Source of the DNA: Desulfatiglandales bacterium
Lineage (GTDB): Bacteria; Desulfobacterota; DSM-4660; Desulfatiglandales; HGW-15
Length of the DNA stretch: 64,000 bases
Direction of reading: 5' to 3'
Assembly (NCBI GenBank): GCA_963667015.2
Contig: CAXXJJ010000004.1
Coordinates: forward strand, 1,952,001 to 2,016,000
Position numbers and translations under genes: made by a program
Part shown: one piece after another, positions 1-10,031 of the stretch
How positions within the stretch are numbered: position 1 is the stretch's first letter
Layout of the letters: the number at the start of each line of letters is the position of its first letter
The notes under the pieces: model-generated
Seen by the model: only the letters and a program-made list of their open reading frames with translations
Databases searched by the model: none
Told to the model about the DNA's origin: nothing

Positions 1-129
1 GCAGGTGAAGCCATCATAGTAAATGCAGATGAGCGGGTTCAATACAGCACACCCGGTGAAGATGGCGCCGAATATTTCTCCGTCTGCGTGCCCGCATTCT
101 CACAAAATTCGGTTCAGAGAGCCGAATAA
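1..129 (+). CDS. 3' end of a cupin-domain protein (EutQ-like), truncated by the window edge
   Basis: Frame 1 reads AGEAIIVNADERVQYSTPGEDGAEYFSVCVPAFSQNSVQRAE*, resembling the C-terminal cupin motif (G+A+I...V.YSTP..GAEY..VC.PAFS). Confidence 0.7.
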   Translation, partial: AGEAIIVNADERVQYSTPGEDGAEYFSVCVPAFSQNSVQRAE

Positions 130-266
130 TCCAGGCGCGGAGTTTAAACCTAACTAAAAATATGGTCTAAAGGAAATAGCCTGATATATGGAAAAATTGA
201 ACGCTGTCCCAAAGGGATATTACTTAATCAGGTCATATGTTAAACCCACAATAAAGGATCGCCCTT

Positions 267-485
267 ATGGAAAGAAAATATATCTTTCACCATACCGGGA
301 AAGGGTTTTTATTATTTTTAGCAGGTCTTCTGTTCCTGTTTGGCACCTGTATATTTTTAGTTTTTAATTTTCCGGACTCAAAGTTTATGAATTATGGCAT
401 ATTTTCTTTTCTGGCGTTCTGCATAATTTTTATGTCTTTTAAAGTTGATAAGACCGCTTTGAACAATAGAGACAAGGGGCACTAA
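267..485 (+). CDS. Small membrane protein, two hydrophobic segments, function unknown
   Basis: 72-aa ORF, AAGGA upstream, two Phe/Leu-rich TM-like stretches. Confidence 0.55.
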   Translation: MERKYIFHHTGKGFLLFLAGLLFLFGTCIFLVFNFPDSKFMNYGIFSFLAFCIIFMSFKVDKTALNNRDKGH

Positions 486-732
486 CCAGTGAATAATGTC
501 AGGGGAATGAACCCGTGAGGATATTATCTGCCATTAATCTTGTTGTAAAAGAGGTACATTATTCAGGAATGAAGGCCCAAAAATATCTCAAGACCATGGA
601 CAATGAAAATTTTATTGTTCTTAAAGGGCTTTTGGCTGCTATTAAATAAAATTCTGATACCGGTATAACAACAGCAATTCAAGGTATAATAACAAATAAC
701 AACAGTAGACCAGCCAATTTCACGCCAATATT

Positions 733-762
733 TTGACACTTTTTCAGGCATATCAATAAACT
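733..762 (+). promoter_or_regulatory. Candidate sigma-70 promoter for gltA
   Basis: TTGACA (733-738), 18-nt spacer, TAAACT (757-762). Confidence 0.4.
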
Positions 763-863
763 AATATTATTTTTGAATTTGATATTTTCTAAATAATACT
801 TATTATTATAGATTATTGAGTTTCTTAAGAAATAATCCTTAACATCAGACAGGAGCGAAATAT

Positions 864-2159
864 ATGGATGGAAAAGCTGTACTCACCATTGACGGGAAAA
901 ATTATGAACTGCCGATCATTGTCGGATCAGAAGGCGAACGTGCTATTGATATCAGAAACCTAAGAAAATCAACCGGGCTTATCACTGTTGATCCTGGCCT
1001 GGCAAACACGGGAAGCTGTAAGAGCGCCATAACCTTTATGGATGGTGAAAAAGGAATTCTGAGATACAGAGGAATACCCATTGAAGAGCTTGCGGAAAAA
1101 TCTTCCTTTGTTGAAACCGCCTATCTGCTTATAAATGACAAACTGCCGAATCAAAAGGAACTGAACAATTTTTCTGTAATGCTCAATGATCACAGCCTTG
1201 TACATGAAGATATGAGAAATTTCTTTGCCAACTTTCCAAGGATCTCTCACCCAATGGGAATATTGGCATCGATGGTAAATGCGCTCAGGGCCTTTTATCC
1301 GGAGATCCCGGAGCGTACTGAAGAGGAAGAGATTGACAAGACAGTGACAAGGCTTCTCTCAAAAATCAGGACAATGGCAGCAATGTCATACAGGATATCC
1401 AGAGGACACAAGGTTGTCTACCCCAGACATGATTACTCATATGCGGCCAATTTTTTAAACATGATGTTTGAAACACCGGTACGTCCCTATGAAATTGATC
1501 CTGACCTGGTAAAGGCATTGAATGTATTCTGGATACTGCATGCGGATCACGAGCAAAACTGCTCCACCGCTGCGGTGCGTCTTGTGGGAAGCGCCAGGGT
1601 AAACCTTTACGCTGCTATATCGGCAGGCATCAGTGCACTTTGGGGGCCTCTTCATGGAGGTGCGAACCAGGCAGTAATTGAAATGCTAAATGACATTCAT
1701 GAACACGGGGGAGATGTGGCGCCTTTTGTTGCCAGGGCAAGGGACAGGAATGATCCATTCCGTCTAATGGGTTTCGGGCACAGGGTTTACAAGACTTATG
1801 ATCCCAGGGCAAAGATAATGAAAAAATGGTGCCACAAGATCCTTAAAAAACTTCACGTGAATGATCCTCTCCTGGACATTGCCATGGAGCTTGAAGAAGT
1901 GGTCAGAAAAGACCCTTACTTTATAGATCATAACCTGTATCCCAATGTCGATTTTTACGCAGGAATTGTCCTGAGGGCGCTGGAAATACCTTTAAACATG
2001 TTCACTGTCATGTTTGCTATAGGCCGATTACCCGGGTGGATAGCCCAGTGGAAAGAGAGCATGGAAGACCCGGACTGGAAACTTCACCGACCAAGACAGA
2101 TATATACAGGACTTAAAAAAAGAAGTTATGTTCCAATGAAAAAAAGGGAAGAGAAATAG
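864..2159 (+). CDS. gltA: Citrate synthase
   Basis: Motifs LHADHEQNCST, GPLHGGAN, GFGHRVYKTYDPRA, LYPNVDFY; AGGAG RBS. Confidence 0.97.
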   Translation: MDGKAVLTIDGKNYELPIIVGSEGERAIDIRNLRKSTGLITVDPGLANTGSCKSAITFMDGEKGILRYRGIPIEELAEKSSFVETAYLLINDKLPNQKELNNFSVMLNDHSLVHEDMRNFFANFPRISHPMGILASMVNALRAFYPEIPERTEEEEIDKTVTRLLSKIRTMAAMSYRISRGHKVVYPRHDYSYAANFLNMMFETPVRPYEIDPDLVKALNVFWILHADHEQNCSTAAVRLVGSARVNLYAAISAGISALWGPLHGGANQAVIEMLNDIHEHGGDVAPFVARARDRNDPFRLMGFGHRVYKTYDPRAKIMKKWCHKILKKLHVNDPLLDIAMELEEVVRKDPYFIDHNLYPNVDFYAGIVLRALEIPLNMFTVMFAIGRLPGWIAQWKESMEDPDWKLHRPRQIYTGLKKRSYVPMKKREEK

Positions 2160-2196
2160 GCATCAGCTGACATTCGGCCCCTGGTTTTTCTGATAT

Positions 2197-2232
2197 AACG
2201 GCATACCCTTTAAAGGATGTGCCGTTTTTTTT
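2197..2232 (+). terminator. Rho-independent terminator after gltA
   Basis: AACGGCATACCCT-TTAA-AGGATGTGCCGTT stem-loop running into a T-tract. Confidence 0.7.
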
Positions 2233-2251
2233 ATTCCAAACCGAAAATAGC

Positions 2252-2267
2252 TGGCATAAATTTTGTA
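2252..2267 (+). promoter_or_regulatory. Candidate sigma-54 (-24/-12) promoter for the diguanylate cyclase
   Basis: TGGCATAAATTTTGTA = GG-N10-GT, a variant of TGGCAC-N5-TTGCW. Confidence 0.45.
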
Positions 2268-2350
2268 TAATATTTATCAGATTAATGTTTATCTGGCAGC
2301 AAAAATTAAATTTTTATAGAATCAGCATAAAAAATCAGGGAACCAGTCAT

Positions 2351-3685
2351 ATGGCAGATGCTAAAAAAGAATTGTTAAAATTGAAGAAAGACTTTATTGA
2401 CCTCATTGAGTCCAGAAGAGAAGAGCGGGAACTCATGTTAGAGGTCATAAATTCTCTTAATCTTCTTTCAACCGATGAAGATATATCCGATAAAATAAGG
2501 CAGATAAAAGATGAGATAGTCCCTGAAGGAGAGATTTACCCTGAGGGTATTAAATCACTCAGCCGGGAGATAAAAGATCTGCTGATAGCAAAAGAAAGGG
2601 TCAGCGGGGATAAAGAACTTGATGAGATAGAACTTCTTACTGATAAGTTTATTGAATCATGCCGTATCATGAAGAGAGTTATGGCTGCGGTACTTGAAGA
2701 TTTCTATCCCCTGTCAAATGACATGCAGGAGACCGCCGACGCCATAAGGGTAGAATGCAAAGGAGACCCTGCCCAGATAGAAATAAAAAAACCTTCGGAT
2801 GCCCTTCTGGAGTATATTAATAAAATAAAAATAACCATAGCGAATGATTTTGATCAGATTAACAGCACATTTCTGAACCTGCTGACACAGGTAAGGGAGC
2901 TTGAAAAAAGCCTGATTGCTGATTTCGGCAGCGAAACAAGTTTAAAGGAAATGGAAAGTTTTGAATCAGACATCAACCAGCAGGTCGGAAACATAACAGA
3001 ATCCTTTAACTCCTATACAACCATAAATGAGCTGAAAGAAGCAGTAATAGGTAAACTGAAAAAAATAAAAGACCTTGTATTTATCAGGAAAAAGGAAGAG
3101 ATTGAAAAATCCAGGGCTGCTCAGGAAAGTATGAAGCGGCTGAATGAAAGAATAAATACAGTAGAAAAAAAGGCCCAGCAGATGTCTGCACAGGCCAAAA
3201 AATACCAGAAAGCCGCCACAAAAGACGGACTTACCGGCCTGTTTACCCGCGGGGCCTTTGATGCAAGGATCAGAGAGGCATTTGCAGCCTTCACTACCCT
3301 GAAAAAGAATTTTTCCATAATAGTATTTGATGTAAATAAGTTTAAGCAGATAAACGATACCCTCGGTCACATAGCCGGCGATAAGGTTCTGAAAAAAATC
3401 TCCGAATGTCTGGAGGAATCCTTTAGAAAGAATGATTTTATTGCAAGATATGGCGGCGACGAGTTTATTGTAATAATAGAAGATCTTTCAGAGGAGATGG
3501 CAAATGAAAGGATTGATTTATTTAACAGGAATCTTAAAAAGAGACGCTTTGTTTCCCAGAAACATGGAGAAATAAAACTGTCTGTAAGTGCCGGAACAGC
3601 AAGGGTGATGGAAAACGACACCATCGAAAGCCTTATAGACAGGGCAGATCAGGCCATGTATTCATCAAAACAGGAAACTGTATAA
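2351..3685 (+). CDS. Cytoplasmic diguanylate cyclase (helical/coiled-coil N-terminus + GGDEF)
   Basis: KDGLTGLF, DVNKFKQINDTLGHIAGD, RKND I-site, RYGGDEF. Start moved from 2219 to ATG 2351 because the extension overlaps the gltA terminator. Confidence 0.92.
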   Translation: MADAKKELLKLKKDFIDLIESRREERELMLEVINSLNLLSTDEDISDKIRQIKDEIVPEGEIYPEGIKSLSREIKDLLIAKERVSGDKELDEIELLTDKFIESCRIMKRVMAAVLEDFYPLSNDMQETADAIRVECKGDPAQIEIKKPSDALLEYINKIKITIANDFDQINSTFLNLLTQVRELEKSLIADFGSETSLKEMESFESDINQQVGNITESFNSYTTINELKEAVIGKLKKIKDLVFIRKKEEIEKSRAAQESMKRLNERINTVEKKAQQMSAQAKKYQKAATKDGLTGLFTRGAFDARIREAFAAFTTLKKNFSIIVFDVNKFKQINDTLGHIAGDKVLKKISECLEESFRKNDFIARYGGDEFIVIIEDLSEEMANERIDLFNRNLKKRRFVSQKHGEIKLSVSAGTARVMENDTIESLIDRADQAMYSSKQETV

Positions 3686-3789
3686 TCTATTGCAGTATCT
3701 ATATACTGTGATCTTAAAAGCCCTGTATGGATTGCCGCTGTAAAATCCGGATTAAACAAAAACTTCATAATAAAAAAGAGGTATAAAAA

Positions 3790-4923
3790 ATGGGCACCAA
3801 CAACCTTGTTTTCCTTGAAATGATCGAGTGGTTTGATGAGACAGGAGATGAATTAATCCACAGAATACCTGAAAATGGATCCGGAGAAATCAAATTAGGT
3901 GCACAGCTTACTGTCAGGGAAAGTCAGGCTGCTGTATTATTTTACAAGGGTAAGGCAGTGGATGCATTCGGTCCCGGAAGGCATACTCTTAAGACGGGAA
4001 ATATCCCGGTCCTGACAAAAATCCTCTCAATACCATGGGCCATGGAAAGCCCCCTGCGTGCCGAAATATATATGGCAAACCTCAAGGTCTTTACCAATCT
4101 CAAGTGGGGCACCCGTGATCCTGTTGCATTTAAAGACTCGGAACTGGGCCTGATACGCCTGAGGGCACACGGTATCTTCAACATAAGAATTATTCAGCCC
4201 GTCCTGTTTATCAACAGCCTTGTGGGAACAATGGGTATGTTTACAACAAAGGATGTGAGCGAATACCTTAAAAGGGTTATCATATCCCGGTTTAATGACC
4301 ATCTGGGGGAAAACCTTGACAGTATCCTGAACCTTGCCGGTCAGTATGATGAGCTTTCAGCCGGCCTTATGAAACGACTTCAGGAAGATTTCTCAAGGTT
4401 CGGCCTGGCCCTCAGTCAGCTCTACATCACCTCTATTACTCCGCCGCCCGAGGTCCAGAAGGCCATTGATGACAAGAGTCGTATGGAGGTGTTTGACGAC
4501 CTTGACAAGCTCGTTAAGATGAAGGCCGCCATGGCCATGGAAAAGGCATCTGAATCGAGCGGTGAAGCAGGTTCAGGCATGGGTATGGGGCTTGGCTTCA
4601 TGATGCCTGCCATGTTCTCGGAGGTATTAAAGCCGGCGCAGCAAGGTGCTGCCCCGGCGCCTGTGCAGCAGAACATTCAGTGCCCGGATTGCGGTAATTC
4701 CATTCCAAAGGAATCAAAGTTCTGTCCTTTGTGCGGTCATCAACAGGTTGTCTTCAGCCAGTGTTCCAATTGCGGTAAAAATCTTCCGCCAAATGCCAGG
4801 TTCTGTCCAAAATGCGGCCACCCTGCGGATGAAAAACCGGTAAACCCGAGATGTCCCAACTGTTCTACTGAAAATATGCCCGGTGCCATGTTCTGCAACC
4901 AGTGCGGTGAAAAGCTGGGCTGA
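3790..4923 (+). CDS. SPFH/Band-7 domain protein (YdjI-like) with C-terminal double zinc ribbons
   Basis: GAQLTVRESQAAV, KWGTRDPV, GMGMGLG linker, three CxxC...FCxxCG units. Confidence 0.88.
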   Translation: MGTNNLVFLEMIEWFDETGDELIHRIPENGSGEIKLGAQLTVRESQAAVLFYKGKAVDAFGPGRHTLKTGNIPVLTKILSIPWAMESPLRAEIYMANLKVFTNLKWGTRDPVAFKDSELGLIRLRAHGIFNIRIIQPVLFINSLVGTMGMFTTKDVSEYLKRVIISRFNDHLGENLDSILNLAGQYDELSAGLMKRLQEDFSRFGLALSQLYITSITPPPEVQKAIDDKSRMEVFDDLDKLVKMKAAMAMEKASESSGEAGSGMGMGLGFMMPAMFSEVLKPAQQGAAPAPVQQNIQCPDCGNSIPKESKFCPLCGHQQVVFSQCSNCGKNLPPNARFCPKCGHPADEKPVNPRCPNCSTENMPGAMFCNQCGEKLG

Positions 4924-4925
4924 TA

Positions 4926-6155
4926 ATGGGGTTCATTATTGAACAGGAGTGCCACCAGTGCGGCGCTCCTATCGAACTTTCCGAAACAGACAGGATACTC
5001 TCATGCCCCTACTGTGATGTCCAGAGCTACCTGTTTTCACCGGGTTACTTCAGATATATGCTCCCTCACAAGGCTCCTGAAAGGGATATTATATATGTCC
5101 CCTATCTCCGCTTTAAGGGCAGTGTTTTTTACTGCGGAGAACTGTCAATGGGACACAGAATAATTGATATTACCCAGACAGGTGTAAAACTTGAGGGAAT
5201 TCCCATATCCCTTGGTTTACGTCCCCAGGCCATGAAACTGCGATTTGCCACAAGAAAAACCCCTGGAAGATTCATGAGATTTTCTCTTAAGGCTGTTGAT
5301 ATTCTTACCAGGGCTGCAAAACTGTCAAGGCTTTCCGGCAAGGAAGAGATACTCCACAGGGCATTTATCGGTGAAACCATGAGTATCATCTACCTGCCAA
5401 TCTATGTGTTTGAAGAAAAACTCTATGATGCGATATTAAACAGGCCTCTGGCAAATCAGGGGGAAGATACACAGGCAATTGACTCAAGCCTGATAAAAAA
5501 AATCCCTGAATCTGTTTCCTTTATACCCACGATCTGCCCCAGGTGCGGCTGGACAATGAAAGGAGAGAGAGACAGCGCTGTTCTTTTATGCGAAAACTGC
5601 ATCACGGCATGGGAGGTAAAGGATAAAAAGTATTCAAACATCAGGATGATTGTCGCAGGTAAAGCAGATGATGATACAGTCTTCCTCCCCTTCTGGAAGA
5701 TTCAGGCAAAAACAGAGGGAATTAATATTGAAACCTTTGCCGATTTTTTAAAAATAACAAACCAGCCGATAATTCCTGACAAAGATAAACATTCAGGCTC
5801 CATGAATTACTGGAGCCCGGCCTTTAAAATCAAACCAAAGATGCTTCTTCAACTGGCTCGCCAGTTTACCATAATGCAGATGAATGAATTTGATGAGGAA
5901 GATTCGATACCTGAAAGAGATATTCATCCCGTCACACTACCCATTTCAGAGGCTGTTCAGGCATTAAAAATGATACTTGTCTCTTCCGCGGTCATGAAGA
6001 AAAATGTCATACCTCTCCTTCCCCGGATCAGCTTTATCACAGGGGATAAAACCCTTGTCTACCTGCCCTTCAGACAGACCCGGTATGACATGATAAACAA
6101 TGAGCTTGGAATAAGTATTAACAGACAAAGTCTTGAATTCGGAAGATCGCTCTGA
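4926..6155 (+). CDS. Zinc-ribbon-containing hypothetical protein
   Basis: CHQCGA...CPYC at the N-terminus and CPRCG...CENC internally; 2 nt after the SPFH gene. Confidence 0.75.
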   Translation: MGFIIEQECHQCGAPIELSETDRILSCPYCDVQSYLFSPGYFRYMLPHKAPERDIIYVPYLRFKGSVFYCGELSMGHRIIDITQTGVKLEGIPISLGLRPQAMKLRFATRKTPGRFMRFSLKAVDILTRAAKLSRLSGKEEILHRAFIGETMSIIYLPIYVFEEKLYDAILNRPLANQGEDTQAIDSSLIKKIPESVSFIPTICPRCGWTMKGERDSAVLLCENCITAWEVKDKKYSNIRMIVAGKADDDTVFLPFWKIQAKTEGINIETFADFLKITNQPIIPDKDKHSGSMNYWSPAFKIKPKMLLQLARQFTIMQMNEFDEEDSIPERDIHPVTLPISEAVQALKMILVSSAVMKKNVIPLLPRISFITGDKTLVYLPFRQTRYDMINNELGISINRQSLEFGRSL

Positions 6156-6168
6156 TAGATAGTAAGGT

Positions 6169-6972
6169 ATGAAAAAAGAAATCACTATCAGCAGGCTGAA
6201 GGAAAAGCTGGAAGAACTTTACAGCTATTATAACAGGAGAAAATTCGTTCACCCTGACCCCCTTGAATTCCTTTATAACTATGATGACATTCGGGACATG
6301 GAAGTGGTTGCACTTGTCGCATCCTCACTTGCCTATGGAAGGGTTGTTCAGATCTTAAAGAGCGTGTCAGCCATTTTGGAAAAGATGTCCCCCACGCCCT
6401 ACCTTTTTCTTACAGGCATATCGGAAAAAAAATTGCTTAACAGCTTTGGAGGTTTCAAGCATCGATTTACCACAGGAGAGGACGTCTCCTGCATGCTGCT
6501 GGCTGCAAAAAAAATGATAACGGAAGACGGCTCTCTTTTAAATGCATTTGTCTCAGGCTACAGAGACTCAGATAAAAATATTTTACCGGCCCTGTCCACC
6601 TTTGTCAGGCGGCTCGCAAAGGAGTCCCAAGGCAGTAAAAACAGCCTGATACCCATTCCGGACAGGGGAAGCGCCTGTAAAAGACTGATACTTTTCTTAA
6701 GGTGGATGGTCAGAAAAGACAATGTAGATCCCGGGGGCTGGAAACAGATATGCCCTTCAAAATTGATCATCCCTCTTGACACGCACATGCACAGCATATG
6801 TACCGGGCTTGGGATGACCTCAAGAAAACAGGCTGACATGAAAACAGCTATTGAAATAACCGATGCATTTAAAAAAATAGTTCCGGATGATCCGGTAAAA
6901 TATGACTTTTCACTCACCCGCCTGGGTATTAGAAAGGATGCTGACCCCCGTGAGTTTTTTAACTCAATTTAA
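6169..6972 (+). CDS. TIGR02757/DUF2400 family protein
   Basis: DPLEF, LAYGRVVQI, SACKRLILFLRWMVR, LIIPLDTH, DDPVKYDF. Confidence 0.88.
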   Translation: MKKEITISRLKEKLEELYSYYNRRKFVHPDPLEFLYNYDDIRDMEVVALVASSLAYGRVVQILKSVSAILEKMSPTPYLFLTGISEKKLLNSFGGFKHRFTTGEDVSCMLLAAKKMITEDGSLLNAFVSGYRDSDKNILPALSTFVRRLAKESQGSKNSLIPIPDRGSACKRLILFLRWMVRKDNVDPGGWKQICPSKLIIPLDTHMHSICTGLGMTSRKQADMKTAIEITDAFKKIVPDDPVKYDFSLTRLGIRKDADPREFFNSI

Positions 6973-7063
6973 TTATTCTATTGCTATCCGATTTTAACTA
7001 TCTTATAATTTTAAGGTTTTTTGATTTACTTCAACAAGACAGGGTTAATGATAATCTATCAGG

Positions 7064-9031
7064 ATGAGGATTATTATGAGATTCAGGTCGAATGAAGTAA
7101 TAAAATACATGTTAAACGGGAATTCCACACTTTTCCTTGGAGAAGTATTTAACTCCTTTAAATACGGAGTTACCATCCTTGATGGAAATGGCATACACAT
7201 CTATGTAAACCCCGCATTTTGTAAAATGACAGGCTATAAAGAGAGTGAACTGCTGGGTTCAGGACCGCCCTATCTCTACTGGTCAGAGGAAAACCAGAAT
7301 CGAATCCAGCCAGACCTGGCTTCGGATTTTCAGGGATGCGTAAATGATATTGAACTTATTCTGAAGAGAAAAGATAAAAAATGCCTTCCTGTAATTGCTG
7401 CCTCATCAGTAATATCAGATGCGAACAACGGCACCATTTATTATATGACAACAATAAGTGCTATCAATACTAAAACTGACATATCTGAACAAAAAAGGGC
7501 TGAAGAAGCCTTAAGGCAAAGCGAACATCGCTACAGGAGCCTGGTGGAAAATTCATTTTTCGGGCTTTTCATTGTTGATATCCATTCCGGCCAATTTTTG
7601 TTTTTAAATAAAAGATTATGTGATTTTTTCGGTTATACCGTGGAAGAGGGCCTCAACCTCTCATTATGGGACCTTATAAATCCGGAAGAACATGAATCAA
7701 TAAAAAAAATACTCGAAAAATGGCCTCCTGACTATGAAAATGCCTCAACAAGATCCGGTATTTTTACCGGGATCAGGAAGGATGGCTCTATCATCAGGGC
7801 GGAAATTGATGCCACAATTATCGTCTATGATGGTGACCTATCGGTCCAGGGCCTTGTAAATGATGTTACGAGAGAAGAAGATTTTGATGAAAAACTCCGG
7901 CAGATCCAGAAGATGGAGGCAATAGGCACTCTTGCAGGAGGTATTTCACATGACTTTAATAATATCCTTTCTGCAATTATCGGTTATTGTGAACTGGCCA
8001 ATTTTCAATTAAGGAAAAAGAAACCGGCTGAGGACTCAATAGATCAGATCCTTAAGGCGGGGTACAGGGCCAGAGACCTGGTGAGTCAGATTCTTGCCTT
8101 CAGCCGAAAAAAGGAAAATGAACTAAAGCCCATTTATCTCAAGCCGCTGGTAAAAGAAGTACTGAAACTGATGAAGGCCTCTCTGCCATCGACAATTGAA
8201 ATAAGAGAAAACTTCTCCCAGGAAAACGGTGTTATTATGGGAGACCCGACACAAATCCACCAGATAATGATGAATCTTTGCACCAATTCCGCACACGCCA
8301 TGAGAGAAGAAGGCGGCACACTTGAAGTGTCGCTCTATGATGTATCCTATGACGAGAACGTAACTGTCTCGCATCCGGAGATGGCGTCAGGTAAATATAT
8401 AGTCTTATCGGTGAGAGATAGCGGCCATGGAATGTCCCCTGAGATACGCGAGAGAATATTTGAGCCCTATTACACAACCAAGGAAAAAGGTGTTGGGACT
8501 GGAATGGGCCTTGCAGTAGTTCACGGCATTGTGAAAAGTTATGGAGGAGCAATAAATGTTGAAAGCGAATCGAATGTCGGAACCACCTTTAAGATATACC
8601 TGCCCGAGGTCAGATACAGACATTTATCAGGTGTAAAAACAGCGGAAAAGAAAATTCCAGGAGGCAACGAAAGGATATTGTTCGTTGATGATGAGGCGGC
8701 TCTTGCAAGTCTGGGGAAAAAATTACTTGAAAACCTGGGGTATCAGGTAATTATGATGACTGACAGCCCCAAGGCGTATAAACTCTTCAGCTCAAATCCA
8801 AAAAGATTCGACCTTGTTATTACCGATATGACCATGCCCGGCCTGACAGGTGCAAACCTTACCCAAAAAATCCGACATATCCGGGCCGATACGCCTGTTA
8901 TACTCTGTACAGGTTACAGTGAGAAAATAAATGAGGAAAAGGCCTTAGATATGGGAATCAATGCATTTATTATGAAACCGCTCGCAATACAGGAACTGGC
9001 TGCCAAGGTGAGAGAAGTCCTGGATGCATAA
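7064..9031 (+). CDS. PAS-PAS hybrid sensor histidine kinase/response regulator
   Basis: H-box LAGGISHDFNNIL, N-box NLCTNSAHAM, G-boxes DSGHGM and GTGMGL, C-terminal REC (FVDDE, ITDMTMP). True start may be slightly downstream. Confidence 0.93.
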   Translation: MRIIMRFRSNEVIKYMLNGNSTLFLGEVFNSFKYGVTILDGNGIHIYVNPAFCKMTGYKESELLGSGPPYLYWSEENQNRIQPDLASDFQGCVNDIELILKRKDKKCLPVIAASSVISDANNGTIYYMTTISAINTKTDISEQKRAEEALRQSEHRYRSLVENSFFGLFIVDIHSGQFLFLNKRLCDFFGYTVEEGLNLSLWDLINPEEHESIKKILEKWPPDYENASTRSGIFTGIRKDGSIIRAEIDATIIVYDGDLSVQGLVNDVTREEDFDEKLRQIQKMEAIGTLAGGISHDFNNILSAIIGYCELANFQLRKKKPAEDSIDQILKAGYRARDLVSQILAFSRKKENELKPIYLKPLVKEVLKLMKASLPSTIEIRENFSQENGVIMGDPTQIHQIMMNLCTNSAHAMREEGGTLEVSLYDVSYDENVTVSHPEMASGKYIVLSVRDSGHGMSPEIRERIFEPYYTTKEKGVGTGMGLAVVHGIVKSYGGAINVESESNVGTTFKIYLPEVRYRHLSGVKTAEKKIPGGNERILFVDDEAALASLGKKLLENLGYQVIMMTDSPKAYKLFSSNPKRFDLVITDMTMPGLTGANLTQKIRHIRADTPVILCTGYSEKINEEKALDMGINAFIMKPLAIQELAAKVREVLDA

Positions 9032-9062
9032 TATCATGCTCAAAGCCTTCAATACAGCCCTG

Positions 9063-9977
9063 TCACTTTGTCACGTTATTCAAAAATATAACAGCCTCAC
9101 CAATTGTTCTTTCCAGGATATCTTCCTCATCCCCCTCGGGTTCGATGATCTTTACCATAGGCCCTAAAGGCCGCCATTGATCAATAGAACTGTCTTTAAA
9201 AAGTGCTATGGTATTAATACCCAGCATTGCCGCAAGATGAGTTACCCCGCTGTCATGACCCATATACAGACAGGCATCTTTCAGGATAGAAAGTAATTCC
9301 TCTCCAGCAGGACATGCTGTTTTTACGTTGTATTCACCTGCCTTTTTTTCAATTATCGGAAGTATATTTTCTTCAGCAGGCCCCAGCAGGAAATATATTT
9401 CCATGGAAGGATCGAGAGTTTTATTGATAAGGGTTGCCAGATAAAACCAGAAATCATGTGAATAATTTTTCTTTTTTGATCCTGATCCGGGATGAAGTAA
9501 TATCTTTTTTCCGGCACCTCTGTTTGACTGTATTGCAGGTTTTTCAAGGGCATCATTTAAGGTTTTTCCGGGATCGACAGGAATACCTGCTGACTGAAGA
9601 GCGTATGCCATGTGAAGCACAACATGTGTCCCGGAAGCGGGATCCGGGAAAGGCGGAAAAATATCTATTTTTGAACCGGGGAAGAGATGAGCAAGGTTCT
9701 CGGAGAAAACATTATCTCTGTCATTTACATAGGCAATTACATGGTCCACCTGAGGACATGGTATATCAATATCCGGCTCCGGACCGAAAAGCCTGTGCCA
9801 CCCTCCTCTTTCAATATCTATGCATTGCTCAACAAAGGGTTCCAGGTAATCAATACCCGGTTTCCTTCCCATTATGATTATCCGGCGCCCGGAGAGCGCA
9901 TTAATCAATGGCATGAGAAGCAATGTATCACCAAGTGCACCGGACCTGATAATGAGAATTTTCAATCTGTCTTCCAT
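9063..9977 (-). CDS. Glycosyltransferase family 9 (heptosyltransferase-like)
   Basis: IIRSGALGDTLL, LHPGSGSKKKN, GHDSGVTHLAA. Confidence 0.88.
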   Translation of the reverse strand: MEDRLKILIIRSGALGDTLLLMPLINALSGRRIIIMGRKPGIDYLEPFVEQCIDIERGGWHRLFGPEPDIDIPCPQVDHVIAYVNDRDNVFSENLAHLFPGSKIDIFPPFPDPASGTHVVLHMAYALQSAGIPVDPGKTLNDALEKPAIQSNRGAGKKILLHPGSGSKKKNYSHDFWFYLATLINKTLDPSMEIYFLLGPAEENILPIIEKKAGEYNVKTACPAGEELLSILKDACLYMGHDSGVTHLAAMLGINTIALFKDSSIDQWRPLGPMVKIIEPEGDEEDILERTIGEAVIFLNNVTK

Positions 9978-10031
9978 AGTATATATATTATCAAAATCTA
10001 AAGGCGGATCTATGTGTTTGTCCGGTCCTTA

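Noticed and set aside
563..751. 62-aa minus-strand ORF upstream of gltA
   Set aside because: No recognisable motif or RBS; overlaps the candidate gltA promoter region
2219..2350. N-terminal extension of the GGDEF ORF given by the track
   Set aside because: Starts inside the gltA terminator and spans the candidate promoter; ATG 2351 is more plausible
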